A stretch of DNA of 64,000 nucleotides from Alphaproteobacteria bacterium. GTDB lineage: Bacteria; Pseudomonadota; Alphaproteobacteria; SHVV01. The notes below the pieces were generated by a model. The model saw nothing but the letters and a program-made list of their open reading frames with translations, did not search any database and was not told where the DNA came from. The position numbers and the translations under genes were made by a program. The stretch lies in contig OZ253470.1 in the NCBI GenBank assembly GCA_965261735.1, forward strand, positions 3,776,001-3,840,000, given 5' to 3'. Position 1 is the first letter of the stretch; every line of letters begins with the position of its first letter. Below, piece after piece: positions 10,803 through 21,194 of the stretch.

Positions 10803-11908
10803 CTTGCCTATCCGGTTTACACCCACACCCACTAGGGCTAGAATGGGCGCAACCCGGATATAGGGGAGCGCGCCATGGATGTTCTCGACCGCGCCGATCT
10901 CCCATTCCCGCATTCGCTACCCGAGTTCCAGCGACTTTCCCCCGATGATGCGGCCTGCGCCGCCTACCTGGAGAAAGCCCGCTGGGGAGACGGCTTTGCC
11001 TGCCCGCACTGCGGCACGGCGGGAGAGCCGTTCCACTTTGAAAACCGCCCTGGCGTCCTGCGCTGCCGCAAGTGCCGCCAGAACACCGGGCTGACGGTGG
11101 GAACAGTGATGGAGCGTAGCCACACTCCGCTGAACGTCTGGTTCTGGGCCGCTTATCTGGTCGCCAGTCAGACGCCCGGCATGTCCGCCGTGCAGTTTCA
11201 GCGGCAACTTGGTCTTTCGCGCTACGAGACGGCCTTTCAAATTCTCCACAAGCTCCGCTCGGGCATGGTGCGGCCCAACCAAGACAGGATCGGTGGACAG
11301 CCCAAGAACCATGTTGAGGTGGACGAAACCTGGGTTGGCGGGCGAACGCGTGGGGAAGGCCGTGGTGTTCACCACAAGGTTCCCGTCTCCTGTGCCATCG
11401 AGGTGCGTCATCGAAAGCCGGGCACCAAGCTCGACAACCGGAAAGACGGACGCTATGCCGGACGCGTTCGGCTCGCCGTCGTGCTCGACCGTAGCGCCGA
11501 GTCGCTCTGTGGGTTCGTCGAGAGCACCGTCGCGCCGCGATCGCTGATCGTTACTGACGATTGGAGCGGCTATGCTGGCCTCGGTAAGCGCGGCTATGAG
11601 CACTTCGCTGTTGCCGAGTGTGGTGATCCAGAGGTTGCCGAGCAATACCTGCCGATCATCCATCTGGTTTTCGCCAACCTGAAGACGTGGCTGATCGGTA
11701 TCTCACCACGGCGTTAGCCACCAGCACCTACAAGCCTACCTCAACGAGTTCACCTTCCGCTTCAACAGGCGGTTCTACCCGTTCAACGCCTTCCGCTCAT
11801 TGCTCGGCATCGCGGGCGACACCTCTGCTCCAACCTATGCCGAGCTTTACTCGGGAGAGTGGCGGCACCCTACATGTAGCGGTCATGGGCGTTAACCGGA
11901 TAGGCAAG
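10803..11908 (+). mobile_element. IS1595 type A, both ends present, with 8-bp TSD; transposase 10875-11894 frameshifted near 11702
   Basis: IRs CTTGCCTATCCGGTT/AACCGGATAGGCAAG; TSD GGCTGAAC at 10795-10802 and 11909-11916. Confidence 0.95.
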
Positions 11909-11922
11909 GGCTGAACCTATCC

Positions 11923-14100
11923 TTAGCAGGACGGGGGCTGGGCCGCGTTCGCCGGCAGTTCGATGATCATTTCGGTAAACGCGTCGGGCTCGGAATCGAC
12001 CCGGATATCTCCCCCATGTTGGCGGACGATGTCGTTCGACAGGGAAAGGCCCAGCCCGGTACCCTGGTCCGTCGGCTTGGTGGTGAAAAAAGGATTGAAT
12101 ATCTTGTCGACGACGTCGGGTGGAATGCCGCCGCCGTTGTCGCGAATGCGGATTTCGAGACGGTCCGTCAGGCGCCGGGTCGCCAGCCGCAACCTCGGCT
12201 CATAGTCCGCCGCCGCTTCGCCGGCGGGCTGGTCGCCGACGGTGGCGCGGCACTTCTCGTCAGTCGCGTAGCAGGCATTTCTTACCATGTTCAGGAACAC
12301 CCGTCCGAGGTCCTGGGGAATGACTTCGCATTCGCCGAGCTCGGGGTCGAAGTCTTCTTCGACGTCCAGGCGGAAGGCCGGATCGCTCACGCGCGCGTTG
12401 TGATAGGCGAGCCGGGCGTGCTCGGAGAGCAGGGCGTTGATATCGGTCGACCGCCACTCGCCCGAGGCGCTGCCCATCATCAGCATGGACTGCACGATCT
12501 GGTTGGCCCGCTCGCCATGCTCGTGGATGCGTTTCAGGTTGCCGGTAAGATCGCCGCCGATCTCCTCGATCAGCTCCCGGCTTTCCTCGTCCGGCTCCAT
12601 GTCGCCCTCGCCGGTGGCCCTCGGGATCTCGGCCAACATCTCCTGCAACAACTCCTCCGAGACTTCCGAGAAATTCTTGATGAAATTGAGCGGGTTCTTG
12701 ATCTCGTGGGCGACTCCGGCGGTGAGTTCGCCGAGCGCCGCAAGCTTCTCGCGCATGACGATCTGATCTTGCGTTCGCTCCAGCTCGGCCAGCGCCTGCA
12801 TGAGCTGGTCGTTCTTGCCGCGCAGCTCCTCGGCCAGCTTCTCCACCAGGTTCAGCCGCTGAACCTCGAGCGCGTGGCGGCGAAAGACCTCCAACGCCGC
12901 CGCCATATCCGCCACTTCGTCGCGCCCCGCGATCTCCACCGCGCCTTCGAGATCGCCCTCGGCCATGCCGCGCATCCGCTCGGAAAGCCGGCCCAGGCGG
13001 CGCGACAACACGCGTCCGACGAACAACCAGGCGATCAACACCGCGCCGACGATGCTGGCGGCGCTGATCAGCAGCAGCAGATTGCGCCCGGCGAGGATGG
13101 CCTCGTCCGCGGCGCGGGTGGCTGCTTCGGCGCTGGTGCGGGCGGCGCTGACCAGGCTCTTGACCGCCGCCACGAGCTCGATGCCGAGGCCGCGATTGCG
13201 CTGCAGGAGGTCTCGTTGCCGCCGGTCGAGGGCGATCTCCCGGGCCCGCAGGCCGAACCCTCCATTGGGCCCGGCGCCGAGCTCGATCAGCCGGGCGAAG
13301 GGCGGGCCGAGCCGCTGGCGCGCCGGCGCCGTCCCGAGCGCCGCTAGGCGTCGCTCGATGCCGCGCGCCGCGGCCTCGAAGCGCTCCCGCAACGGCTCCA
13401 GCAGGGCTGCATCCGAGACGTTGAAAGCGGTCGCCAGAAGCTGCGCCCCAATCGTGGCGGCGGCCCGAAGCTCGGCCAGATGACGATAGCGGTTGATCTC
13501 CGCCGGCGTAAAATGCCGCGTGCGCGGTGCCGGTCCCTCGCCGAGATTGCGGTAGCCGGTCATCGTGTAGAACAGCTGATCGTCGATCAACGGGACCAGA
13601 AGGCCGGTCAGCTCGCCGCGAAGCGACGCCAACTCCTGGCGCTGCGCCTGCCGCAGCGCGGCCAACTCGAAGCGCTCCGACATCGAGGCCTCGATCGCCT
13701 CGATACTGGCGATCAGCGCCTCGCCGCGCTGGCGGATCGGCCGCGAGCGCGCCGCGTCCTGCTCCAACTCCACCAGCCCCGTCAGTTGCGCCTCGAAGGC
13801 CATGCGGTCCCCGGCGATCTTGCCGGCGATGCGCGCCAGGTCGCCGGGCGTGGCCGCAGTGGTCAGGCGCGGGGCCGCGGCCACCAGGGCGCCGCTCTGC
13901 CGCGCCACCGTGAAGGCGGCCACGATCTCGGGAACGCTGCCCTCGTTGACCCGACGTTGGATGTCGCCGACCCGCTCGAAGGAGATCCAACCGACCAGGC
14001 TGGCGACGATGGTGAAGGCGACGGCCGCGCCAATACCGAGATTGAGCTGCGTGGAGATGCGAAAGCAGCTTCGCAGCAGGCGTTTGGACAATTCGATCAT
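11923..14100 (-). CDS. Membrane sensor histidine kinase (TorS-like periplasmic domain, HAMP, HisKA, HATPase)
   Basis: Two TM segments, HAMP (GRDEVADMA), H-box AHEIKNPLNF, DNGGG, FFTTK and GTGLGL. Confidence 0.92.
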   Translation of the reverse strand: MIELSKRLLRSCFRISTQLNLGIGAAVAFTIVASLVGWISFERVGDIQRRVNEGSVPEIVAAFTVARQSGALVAAAPRLTTAATPGDLARIAGKIAGDRMAFEAQLTGLVELEQDAARSRPIRQRGEALIASIEAIEASMSERFELAALRQAQRQELASLRGELTGLLVPLIDDQLFYTMTGYRNLGEGPAPRTRHFTPAEINRYRHLAELRAAATIGAQLLATAFNVSDAALLEPLRERFEAAARGIERRLAALGTAPARQRLGPPFARLIELGAGPNGGFGLRAREIALDRRQRDLLQRNRGLGIELVAAVKSLVSAARTSAEAATRAADEAILAGRNLLLLISAASIVGAVLIAWLFVGRVLSRRLGRLSERMRGMAEGDLEGAVEIAGRDEVADMAAALEVFRRHALEVQRLNLVEKLAEELRGKNDQLMQALAELERTQDQIVMREKLAALGELTAGVAHEIKNPLNFIKNFSEVSEELLQEMLAEIPRATGEGDMEPDEESRELIEEIGGDLTGNLKRIHEHGERANQIVQSMLMMGSASGEWRSTDINALLSEHARLAYHNARVSDPAFRLDVEEDFDPELGECEVIPQDLGRVFLNMVRNACYATDEKCRATVGDQPAGEAAADYEPRLRLATRRLTDRLEIRIRDNGGGIPPDVVDKIFNPFFTTKPTDQGTGLGLSLSNDIVRQHGGDIRVDSEPDAFTEMIIELPANAAQPPSC

Positions 14101-15269
14101 CGCCGCGGCGCGTCTCGGAGCGTCTCGACCGGATGATAGCGTCCGTCATCACCGATGACCGTCAGGAAAACCGCTTCGGACCCCTGATTGTCGGCGGCGC
14201 CGTAGCGCAGTTCGAAACCGTCGAGATCGACCGCCTCCAGACGCCTCAGACCGTCGAGAAAACAGGTCCGATCAGGCCGCTGGCCGCACAGTTCGAGCGC
14301 GACGATGGCAAGGCGTCCGGCGAGATATCCTTCGAAGGAGACGAAACCGGGCCGCGCTTCGGGCGCGTGCGCCGCCAGCGCCCGGCGATAGGCCGCGGCG
14401 ACGGGGGGCCGGTCCTCCGTCGGTAAAGGTACGACCTGGGTGACAAAGACGCCGGCCCCGGCCGGGCCGAGCGCGCGCGCCAGGGCGTTACTGCCGACGA
14501 AGGAGATGGTGATGAATACCGGCTCGAACCCGATGTGCCGCGCCCAACTGATTAGAGTCGCGACCGGCTGGTAGGCGCCGACCAGGATCACCGCGTCGGG
14601 GTCGCCAGCGCGCAGGTCCAGAAGGGCGGTTTTGACCGCAGTGGTGTTGCGCGGGTAGACGCCGGTCGCCACCGGCTTCAAATCGCGCCGGCCGAGCGCC
14701 TGCCGCACGCCGCGATAACCCGCGCGGCCGAAGGAATCGTCCTGATACAACACCGCGATGCGGTCGATGCCGAGATCGCGCATCAGGCGATCGACCATTG
14801 CTTCGGTCTCCTGGAAATAGGAGGCGCGCAGATTAATCACGTTGCGCCACCTTGCCTCGCGCAGGAACGCGGCGCCGGTGAAGGGCGCGACATAGGGCAC
14901 GCCGGCGGAAGCGGCGATCGGCGTCGCCGAGCGCGAGGTCGGTGTGCCGACGGCGCCGATCAGGGCGAACACGCCGTCCTCGAAGATCAGTCGGCGGGTG
15001 TTGGCGATCGCGGCTTCCGGCTCATAGGCATCGTCCAGCGACAACAGCTCGAGGCGGCGGCCGAAGACGCCGCCGCGCGCGTTCGCCTCGTCAAAGGCCG
15101 CCTCGATCCCGAGCCGCATGTTGCGGCCGAGATCCTGGGCCGGGCCGCTGAAGGCCGCGGACTGGCCGAACAGGACACGCCCGCTGGAGACTCCGGGCGC
15201 GTCGGCCAAGGCCGGTGTCGCCAAGCCCAAGGCCACCACCAGAAAGGCGACCCCGCGCCGGCCCGTCAC
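14097..15269 (-). CDS. Periplasmic substrate-binding protein (type 1 PBP, LivK-like), probable sensor partner
   Basis: Signal peptide, GQSAAFSGPA, LDDAYEP and GAVGTPT; ATGA overlap with the kinase. Confidence 0.9.
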   Translation of the reverse strand: MTGRRGVAFLVVALGLATPALADAPGVSSGRVLFGQSAAFSGPAQDLGRNMRLGIEAAFDEANARGGVFGRRLELLSLDDAYEPEAAIANTRRLIFEDGVFALIGAVGTPTSRSATPIAASAGVPYVAPFTGAAFLREARWRNVINLRASYFQETEAMVDRLMRDLGIDRIAVLYQDDSFGRAGYRGVRQALGRRDLKPVATGVYPRNTTAVKTALLDLRAGDPDAVILVGAYQPVATLISWARHIGFEPVFITISFVGSNALARALGPAGAGVFVTQVVPLPTEDRPPVAAAYRRALAAHAPEARPGFVSFEGYLAGRLAIVALELCGQRPDRTCFLDGLRRLEAVDLDGFELRYGAADNQGSEAVFLTVIGDDGRYHPVETLRDAPRR

Positions 15270-15682
15270 CCATCCCTCCGCTTGACCAGAGTCAGGCGGT
15301 TTCGGCCCCCTTCGCGGCGATAGCTCGCCTCCTCGACCATGGTGCGCACGAGATGGACGCCGAGCCCGCCGACGGGGCGGTCCTCGATCCCAGAGCTGGT
15401 ATCGGGCGGGGGGCTCTCGGTCAACGGATCGAAAGGGCGGCCCCCGTCGCTGAATTCGATGGTCACCCGGTCCGGATCGGAAACCAGCTCGATTTCGGCC
15501 GCCCCGCCCGCGCCGCCGCCGTGCTTCACGACATTGATCGCCAGTTCCTCGATAGCCAGCTTGATCTGAAACTCAAGCCGGGCAGACCAGCTCTCCCGCC
15601 GCGCGAACGCCTCGATCGCCGCGTTGATGCGGGGAAACTCGTCGAGTGTCGTCTCCATGCGCAGCGACAGTTCCGCGCTCAC
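15266..15682 (-). CDS. RsbW/SpoIIAB-like anti-sigma Ser kinase (HATPase_c_2)
   Basis: EELAINVVKHG, SDGGRPFDP and GGLGVHLV. Confidence 0.92.
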   Translation of the reverse strand: MSAELSLRMETTLDEFPRINAAIEAFARRESWSARLEFQIKLAIEELAINVVKHGGGAGGAAEIELVSDPDRVTIEFSDGGRPFDPLTESPPPDTSSGIEDRPVGGLGVHLVRTMVEEASYRREGGRNRLTLVKRRDG

Positions 15683-16848
15683 CCCTCCCCCTTACCGCGC
15701 CACAACGTCAGACAGGTGATGTCGTCGAACTGGGGCGCGCCGTCGGCGAACGAGTGTACCGCATCGAACACCGCTGCGGTGACGCCGCGGGCGTCGCCGG
15801 GCGGGCCGGCGGCGAAAAGCTCGCGCAGCCGGTCGAGGCCGAACTGCCCGCCGTCGCCGTTCTCCGCCTCGGTCACGCCGTCGGTGTAGAAGACCACCGC
15901 CTCGTCCGGCGACAGGATCACCGACCCCTTGCCGTATTCGACATCGGGGGCGATCCCGAGGGCGACCCCCTCGGTCGTCGGCAGTAGCGTCGTGGTCCCG
16001 TCGTCGTGCAGAACGAGCGGCGGATTGTGCCCGCCATTGACATAAACGAGTTCGCCGCTGGCCGGATCGAAGACCGCCAGGAAGACGGTGACGAACATCG
16101 CTGCGTCGTTGTTCTCGCAGAGCAGATGATTGACCTCGCGCATCATATCGCCCGGATCGGAATGACCGATCGCGGCACCCCTGAGCAAGGTGCGGCTGGA
16201 CATCATGAACAACGCCGCCGGGACGCCCTTGTCCGAGACATCGGCCACCGCGAGTCCGACGCGATCGCCGGGCAGCGGCAGCACGTCGAAAAAGTCCCCG
16301 CCGACCGCGCGCGCCGGCTCCATCCTGGCGAAGACCCGGTAGCCAGCGGTCTCGGGAAAGCTCGTCGGCAGGATCGATTGCTGCATCCGGCTGGCCAGAT
16401 CGAGCTCGTTTTCCAGCGCGACCAGCTTGTCCCGGGATTCGAGGGCCGAGCGCCACAGCCCGATATGCTCCAGGGTGCGGCCGATGGTGAGCCGCAGATC
16501 CTCGAAATCGATCGGCTTGGTGACGAAATCGAAGGCGCCTCGGTTCATCGCCGTGCGGATGTTCTTCATGTCGCCATAGGCGGAGACCACCACCGAGCGC
16601 ACATTGGGATCGACCGCCGGGATCTGCTCGAGCAGCGTTAGGCCGTCCATCTCGGGCATGTTGATGTCCGAGAGGACCATGTCGATGTCCTGATGCTCCC
16701 TCAATCGCGCGAGCGCTTCGATCCCGTTGCGCGCGAACACGAACTCATACTGTCCGCCGCGAATCTCGCGGCGCATGCGTTGGCGCACGAGCTGTTCCAC
16801 ATCCGGCTCGTCGTCGACCACCAGTATCTTGTTGGGCTCTCGCTTGAT
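15679..16848 (-). CDS. Response regulator receiver fused to PP2C/SpoIIE phosphatase (RsbU-like); start uncertain
   Basis: REC motifs ILVVDDE, SDINMP and FVTKP; PP2C motifs GGDFFD, ADVSDKG, YTDGVTEA and DDIT. RBS GGAGGG is followed by ATC at 16848. Confidence 0.9.
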   Translation of the reverse strand: MKREPNKILVVDDEPDVEQLVRQRMRREIRGGQYEFVFARNGIEALARLREHQDIDMVLSDINMPEMDGLTLLEQIPAVDPNVRSVVVSAYGDMKNIRTAMNRGAFDFVTKPIDFEDLRLTIGRTLEHIGLWRSALESRDKLVALENELDLASRMQQSILPTSFPETAGYRVFARMEPARAVGGDFFDVLPLPGDRVGLAVADVSDKGVPAALFMMSSRTLLRGAAIGHSDPGDMMREVNHLLCENNDAAMFVTVFLAVFDPASGELVYVNGGHNPPLVLHDDGTTTLLPTTEGVALGIAPDVEYGKGSVILSPDEAVVFYTDGVTEAENGDGGQFGLDRLRELFAAGPPGDARGVTAAVFDAVHSFADGAPQFDDITCLTLWRGKGEG

Positions 16849-16960
16849 CGCACCCTCCCACTTTGCCCTACAATGGAAAGATCGCTCCGTCTTTGTCGTC
16901 CCTTGGTCGTTGCTGCCCGGCCAGCGACCCCTTGGCACCCGGCTCCGGGATACCGAGGGG

Positions 16961-17262
16961 CTAATTCCGCGTTCGCGGCTGAATACCGTACTCACGCAGC
17001 GTGCTCTCCAGGGTCGGTCGGCCAAGGCCGATCCGGCCGTCGTTCAACAAGTAGGAGAACACGTAACCTAAGCCGAGGATCAGCACGCCAATCAGAAAAC
17101 AGTAGGTGACGGCGCGATCGGGATACTGGTCCTTCAGATAACCGACATAGAGCGGGCCGAAGATGCCCGTCGCCGCCCAGGCTGTCAACACCGCCCCGTA
17201 GATCACCGACATCCGCTTGGCACCGAAGACGTCGAGAACGAAGGAGGGCATAGTCGCGAAGC
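16961..17262 (-). pseudogene. OFA-type MFS transporter, C-terminal fragment
   Basis: GFATMPSFVLDVFGAKRMSVIYGAVLTAWAATGIFGP resembles the last helices of OFA-family transporters; the rest is absent. Confidence 0.75.
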
Positions 17263-17283
17263 CTGGCCCGCGGCGCGGCGGGA

Positions 17284-17845
17284 TCAGACACGACCGCCCG
17301 GTCGCGCGCCCTCGGCCACTGATGTCTCGGCGGCACCGGTGACATAGAGAAAGAGGCGGGCGCGTTCTCCGATGTCGTCATTGCGGGCGAGCAGCCGGTC
17401 GTCCGTCGCTACGCTGTCGTCGCGCGCGAGGCCCACTGCATAGGCAAGAAGCCTTTCGATCGGCTTGGCGGCGAGATTGACGAACCAGATGGCGGCGAAG
17501 ACGCCGACGACGAATATTATCGAGATCAGATAGACCTGTTGGCCGATCGCCCGCTGAATCTTCAGGACGATCAGCCCCATGTCCATGCCGATGTGAACGC
17601 TGCCGGCGACGCCGGTGAGAATCGGGCTGCTGACCTCGACGAAATCGCCCATTCCGGGCAGGCTGCGCTCGATGGTCGCGGTGCTGAACGGATCGCTGTT
17701 CCGGATCTCTTCGGGGATGCCCTTGCTGTTGCTCTCGTATTCCTTCGACAGATGGATATCGACCGTGTAGATACACAGAATCGAGGTCGATACGCCGATC
17801 AGGCCAAACAGGAAGAAAATGCCGAACAACGTCCTCTGAAACCGC
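17284..17845 (-). pseudogene. Membrane HAMP-domain protein, probably N-terminally fused and internally deleted
   Basis: TM (LFGIFFLFGLIG), periplasmic stretch, TM, then HAMP-like KPIERL...NDDIGE. Confidence 0.55.
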
Positions 17846-18026
17846 GATAGAGCTCGATGCCGAGCCCTCGCGACGGGCCGGAGAACGCAGCCGACATGCC
17901 GAGGACGATCTCCGACTCGCTTAGTCCAGTCGTTTCCGTAGCCACACCAAGAGAGATTGACAAGGGCGCCATCAGGCATCCTCCAAGACCGGAGCGGAGC
18001 ATTGTTCGCCTTGTCATCCGCTGCAT
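17846..18026 (-). pseudogene. N-terminus of a second SBP with Tat-like signal
   Basis: MQRMTRRTML...EIVLGMSAAFSGPSRGLGIELYRG, paralogous to 14097-15269, then joined by deletion to the HAMP gene. Confidence 0.7.
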
Positions 18027-18056
18027 CGCATGCGGCCCGCGCGCTCCTGGCTAAGC

Positions 18057-19209
18057 TAGTGGATTGATCGGAACGAAAGAGTCCGATTTGAGATTCCGTA
18101 TTGTGCGGTGTCATGCGAGTCTGTGCTATGCGCACCGGCATCCATTTTACTGTCACGTCTGGCGACCGTCAGCGATTGCAAGCTATCGTCGCGGACCCGA
18201 AGAGCTCGCAGAAACATGTCTGGCGGGCGCGGATCATCCTGAAGAGCGACGAGGGGCTCGGGAACTCGTCGATCATGGCCGAGACCGGCAAGTCCAAGAC
18301 CTGTGTCTGGCGCTGGCAGGAGCGGTTCATGCACGAGGGTGTCAACGGCTTGCTTCGCGACAGGTCCCGTCCGCCTGGCAAAGCGCCGATCCCGCCGGAG
18401 CGCGTCGCCGAGATCGTCCGCCTGACCCAGCAAGCGCCGCCGCACGAGGCGACCCACTGGACGCTGCGCGCGATGGCGAAGGTTGCTGGCGTCGCGGCGT
18501 CGACGGTCCAATCGATCTGGAAGGCCCATGGCCTCAGCCCGCACCGCTGGCGGCACTTCAAGCTCTCCAATGATCCCGCCTTCGCCGAGAAGCTCACAGA
18601 TATCGTCGGCTTGTATGTCGATCCGCCGGCCCATGCCGTGGTGCTGTCGGTTGATGAGAAATCACAGATCCAGGCGCTCGACCGCACCCAACCCGGCTTG
18701 CCGATGAAGAAGGGCCGCGCCGGTACGATGACCTATGATTACAAACGGCATGGCACGACGACGCTGTTCGCCGCGCTCAACGTGCTGGACGGTACGGTCA
18801 TCGCACAGAACATGCAGCGCCACCGCCATCAGGAGTTCATCCGCTTCCTCAACCGCATCGAGCGCGAGGTGCCGACGGACAAGGCCGTCCACGTCATCCT
18901 CGACAACTACGCCGCGCACAAGAAGGACAAGGTCCGCGCCTGGCTCGCCCGCCATCCACGCTGGACCTTCCACTTCACGCCAACCTCGTGCTCGTGGCTC
19001 AATGCCGTCGAGGGCTTCTTCGCCAAACTAACGCGGCGCAGGCTCAAATACGGCGTCTTCCAATCCGTCGTCGACCTTCAGGACGCCATCAACCGATTTG
19101 TCCGCGAATACAATGACGCAAACCCAAAACCCTTCATCTGGAAAGCCGACCCCGATCATATCATCGCCGCACGAAACAGAGGGTTCCAAACGTTGGAATC
19201 AATCCACTA
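18057..19209 (+). mobile_element. IS630-family element, transposase ORF 18101-19210 apparently intact
   Basis: SVDEKS, ILDNY and WLNAVEGFF DDE motifs; ends CTAGTGGATTGAT / ATCAATCCACTAG. Confidence 0.93.
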
Positions 19210-19210
19210 G

Positions 19211-19245
19211 CCCTAGTGGGTGTGGGTGTAACCCGGATAGGCAAG
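19211..19245 (-). mobile_element. IS1595 type A left-end stub
   Basis: ccctagtgggtgtgggtgtaacccggataggcaag, near-identical to 8172-8206. Confidence 0.88.
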
Positions 19246-19324
19246 GATCAACCCACCCGCCACTTCCACAACAGGAGAAACGAGTCAGTAAATAGAAACC
19301 GTCGGTGTCTCAAAGTCGTTGACA
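19246..19324 (+). mobile_element. IS3-family right-end remnant
   Basis: Reverse complement of ~21195-21234 followed by IR TGTCTCAAAGTCGTTGACA, which resembles the left IR at 22724-22742. Confidence 0.8.
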
Positions 19325-19381
19325 GGTTCCGGATTCTTACGCGCTGGTGCGCCCGCATATCGCGAGGGTGCAGATCGGCGA

Positions 19382-20065
19382 TTAGCGGCAGAACGGCCAG
19401 ACTTGATACCAGGAGTCGCACCGAAAGCTGGATTCACAGCGCACAAGCTGCGCTCTATAACGATCCGAGGTCGCAGCGACCCGCCGGGCGGCACGCTGCA
19501 CCTTCGGCTTGTCCCTCCAGGTGCCCCGCCGATATCCGCCCTGCCCTTCGTGGTAGGCGAGGTAGAGGCGCTGCGCGTCGGTGAGGGGTATGCCGAGCTG
19601 ACGTCTGGTTCGGTGGTTGTACCAGCCGATGAAGTCCAGGGCATCTTCCATGTCGCCGCGGCTGCGGAACAGACGTCCCCGCTCCGCTTGGTATTCGTTC
19701 CAGACCGGATCCTGTGCCTGCGCATAACCCTTGGCAGAAGACGGACGGCCGAGCGGTATGAACCAGAGCCATTGGCGCGGCGGCCGGGCGTCGCCCCGAT
19801 AACTCGATTCGTGGCGCACGAACGACATCTGCACGTGGATCGGTGTTCCCCAGCGGCTTGCGGACTTCCGGGCATAGTCATACCAGTCGGGGTACTGCCG
19901 GAACACCTCGCAGATATCCGCCTGTCGTGTCGGCGGCGATGCGGTGCCACAGCCGGCGAGCGGTATCAATGCGGCCAACAACACGGCCGCGACCAATTTG
20001 GGAGAATCGCAGACCGCTGTCCGCAAGTCGGACAGCCGGAAAGACAAGCGCACTGGCTGCTGCAT
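19382..20065 (-). CDS. Lipoprotein with transglycosylase SLT-like domain (true start may be downstream)
   Basis: Lipobox LAGC, FVRHESSY, SSAKGYAQA and YLAYHEG. Confidence 0.85.
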   Translation of the reverse strand: MQQPVRLSFRLSDLRTAVCDSPKLVAAVLLAALIPLAGCGTASPPTRQADICEVFRQYPDWYDYARKSASRWGTPIHVQMSFVRHESSYRGDARPPRQWLWFIPLGRPSSAKGYAQAQDPVWNEYQAERGRLFRSRGDMEDALDFIGWYNHRTRRQLGIPLTDAQRLYLAYHEGQGGYRRGTWRDKPKVQRAARRVAATSDRYRAQLVRCESSFRCDSWYQVWPFCR

Positions 20066-20268
20066 TCGGTCCTCTTACTGATTTCCCCCGCCTCAGATTC
20101 CTCCTCGGGGCCCGGGCGATCGATCGTGTCCCGCGGAGTGGTGTAAGAGCGTTGCGCTCTACGCGGCTCCCGGCGGGTAGGGCCGGGACGTTCAGGCTGC
20201 CACGGTGGGCAGCGTGATGGGGACACCATCGCTCAGCGGAGCGATGGATTCCAGCGTCATGTATCTCC

Positions 20269-21194
20269 CTTGCCTATCCAGTTAACGCCCATGACCGCTA
20301 CATGTAGGGTGCCGCCACTCTCCCGAGTAAAGCTCGGCATAGGTTGGAGCAGAGGTGTCGCCCGCGATGCCGAGCAATGAGCGGAAGGCGTTGAACGGGT
20401 AGAACCGCCTGTTGAAGCGGAAGGTGAACTCGTTGAGGTAGGCTTGTAGGTGCTGGTGGCTAACGCCGTGGTGGATACCGATCAGCCACGTCTTCAGGTT
20501 GGCGAAAACCAGATGGATGATCGGCAGGTATTGCTCGGCAACCTCTGGATCACCACACTCGGCAACAGCGAAGTGCTCATAGCCGCGCTTCCCGAGGCCA
20601 GCATAGCCGCTCCAATCGTCAGTAACGATCAGCGATCGCGGCGCGACGGTGCTCTCGACGAACCCACAGAGCGACTCGGCGCTACGGTCGAGCACGACGG
20701 CGAGCCGAACGCGTCCGGTTGGGCCGCACCATGCCCGAGCGGAGCTTGTGGAGAATTTGAAAGGCCGTCTCGTAGCGCGAAAGACCAAGTTGCCGCTGAA
20801 ACTGCACGGCGGACATGCCGGGCGTCTGACTGGCGACCAGATAAGCGGCCCAGAACCAGACGTTCAGCGGAGTGTGGCTACGCTCCATCACTGTTCCCAC
20901 CGTCAGCCCGGTGTTCTGGCGGCACTTGCGGCAGCGCAGGACGCCAGGGCGGTTTTCAAAGTGGAACGGCTCTCCCGCCGTGCCGCAGTGCGGGCAGGCA
21001 AAGCCGTCTCCCCAGCGGGCTTTCTCCAGGTAGGCGGCGCAGGCCGCATCATCGGGGAAAAGTCGCTGGAACTCGGGTAGCGAATGCGGGAATGGGAGAC
21101 CGGCGCGGTCGAGAACATCCATGGCGCGCTCCCCTATATCCGGGTTGCGCCCATCCTAGCCCTAGTGGGTGTGGGTGTAAACCGGATAGGCAAG
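20269..21194 (-). mobile_element. IS1595 type A copy with internal deletion and no matching TSD
   Basis: Both IRs present; deletion joins ...cggcccaacc to ggacgcgttc near 20718; flanks gtatctcc and actcgttt differ. Confidence 0.9.
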
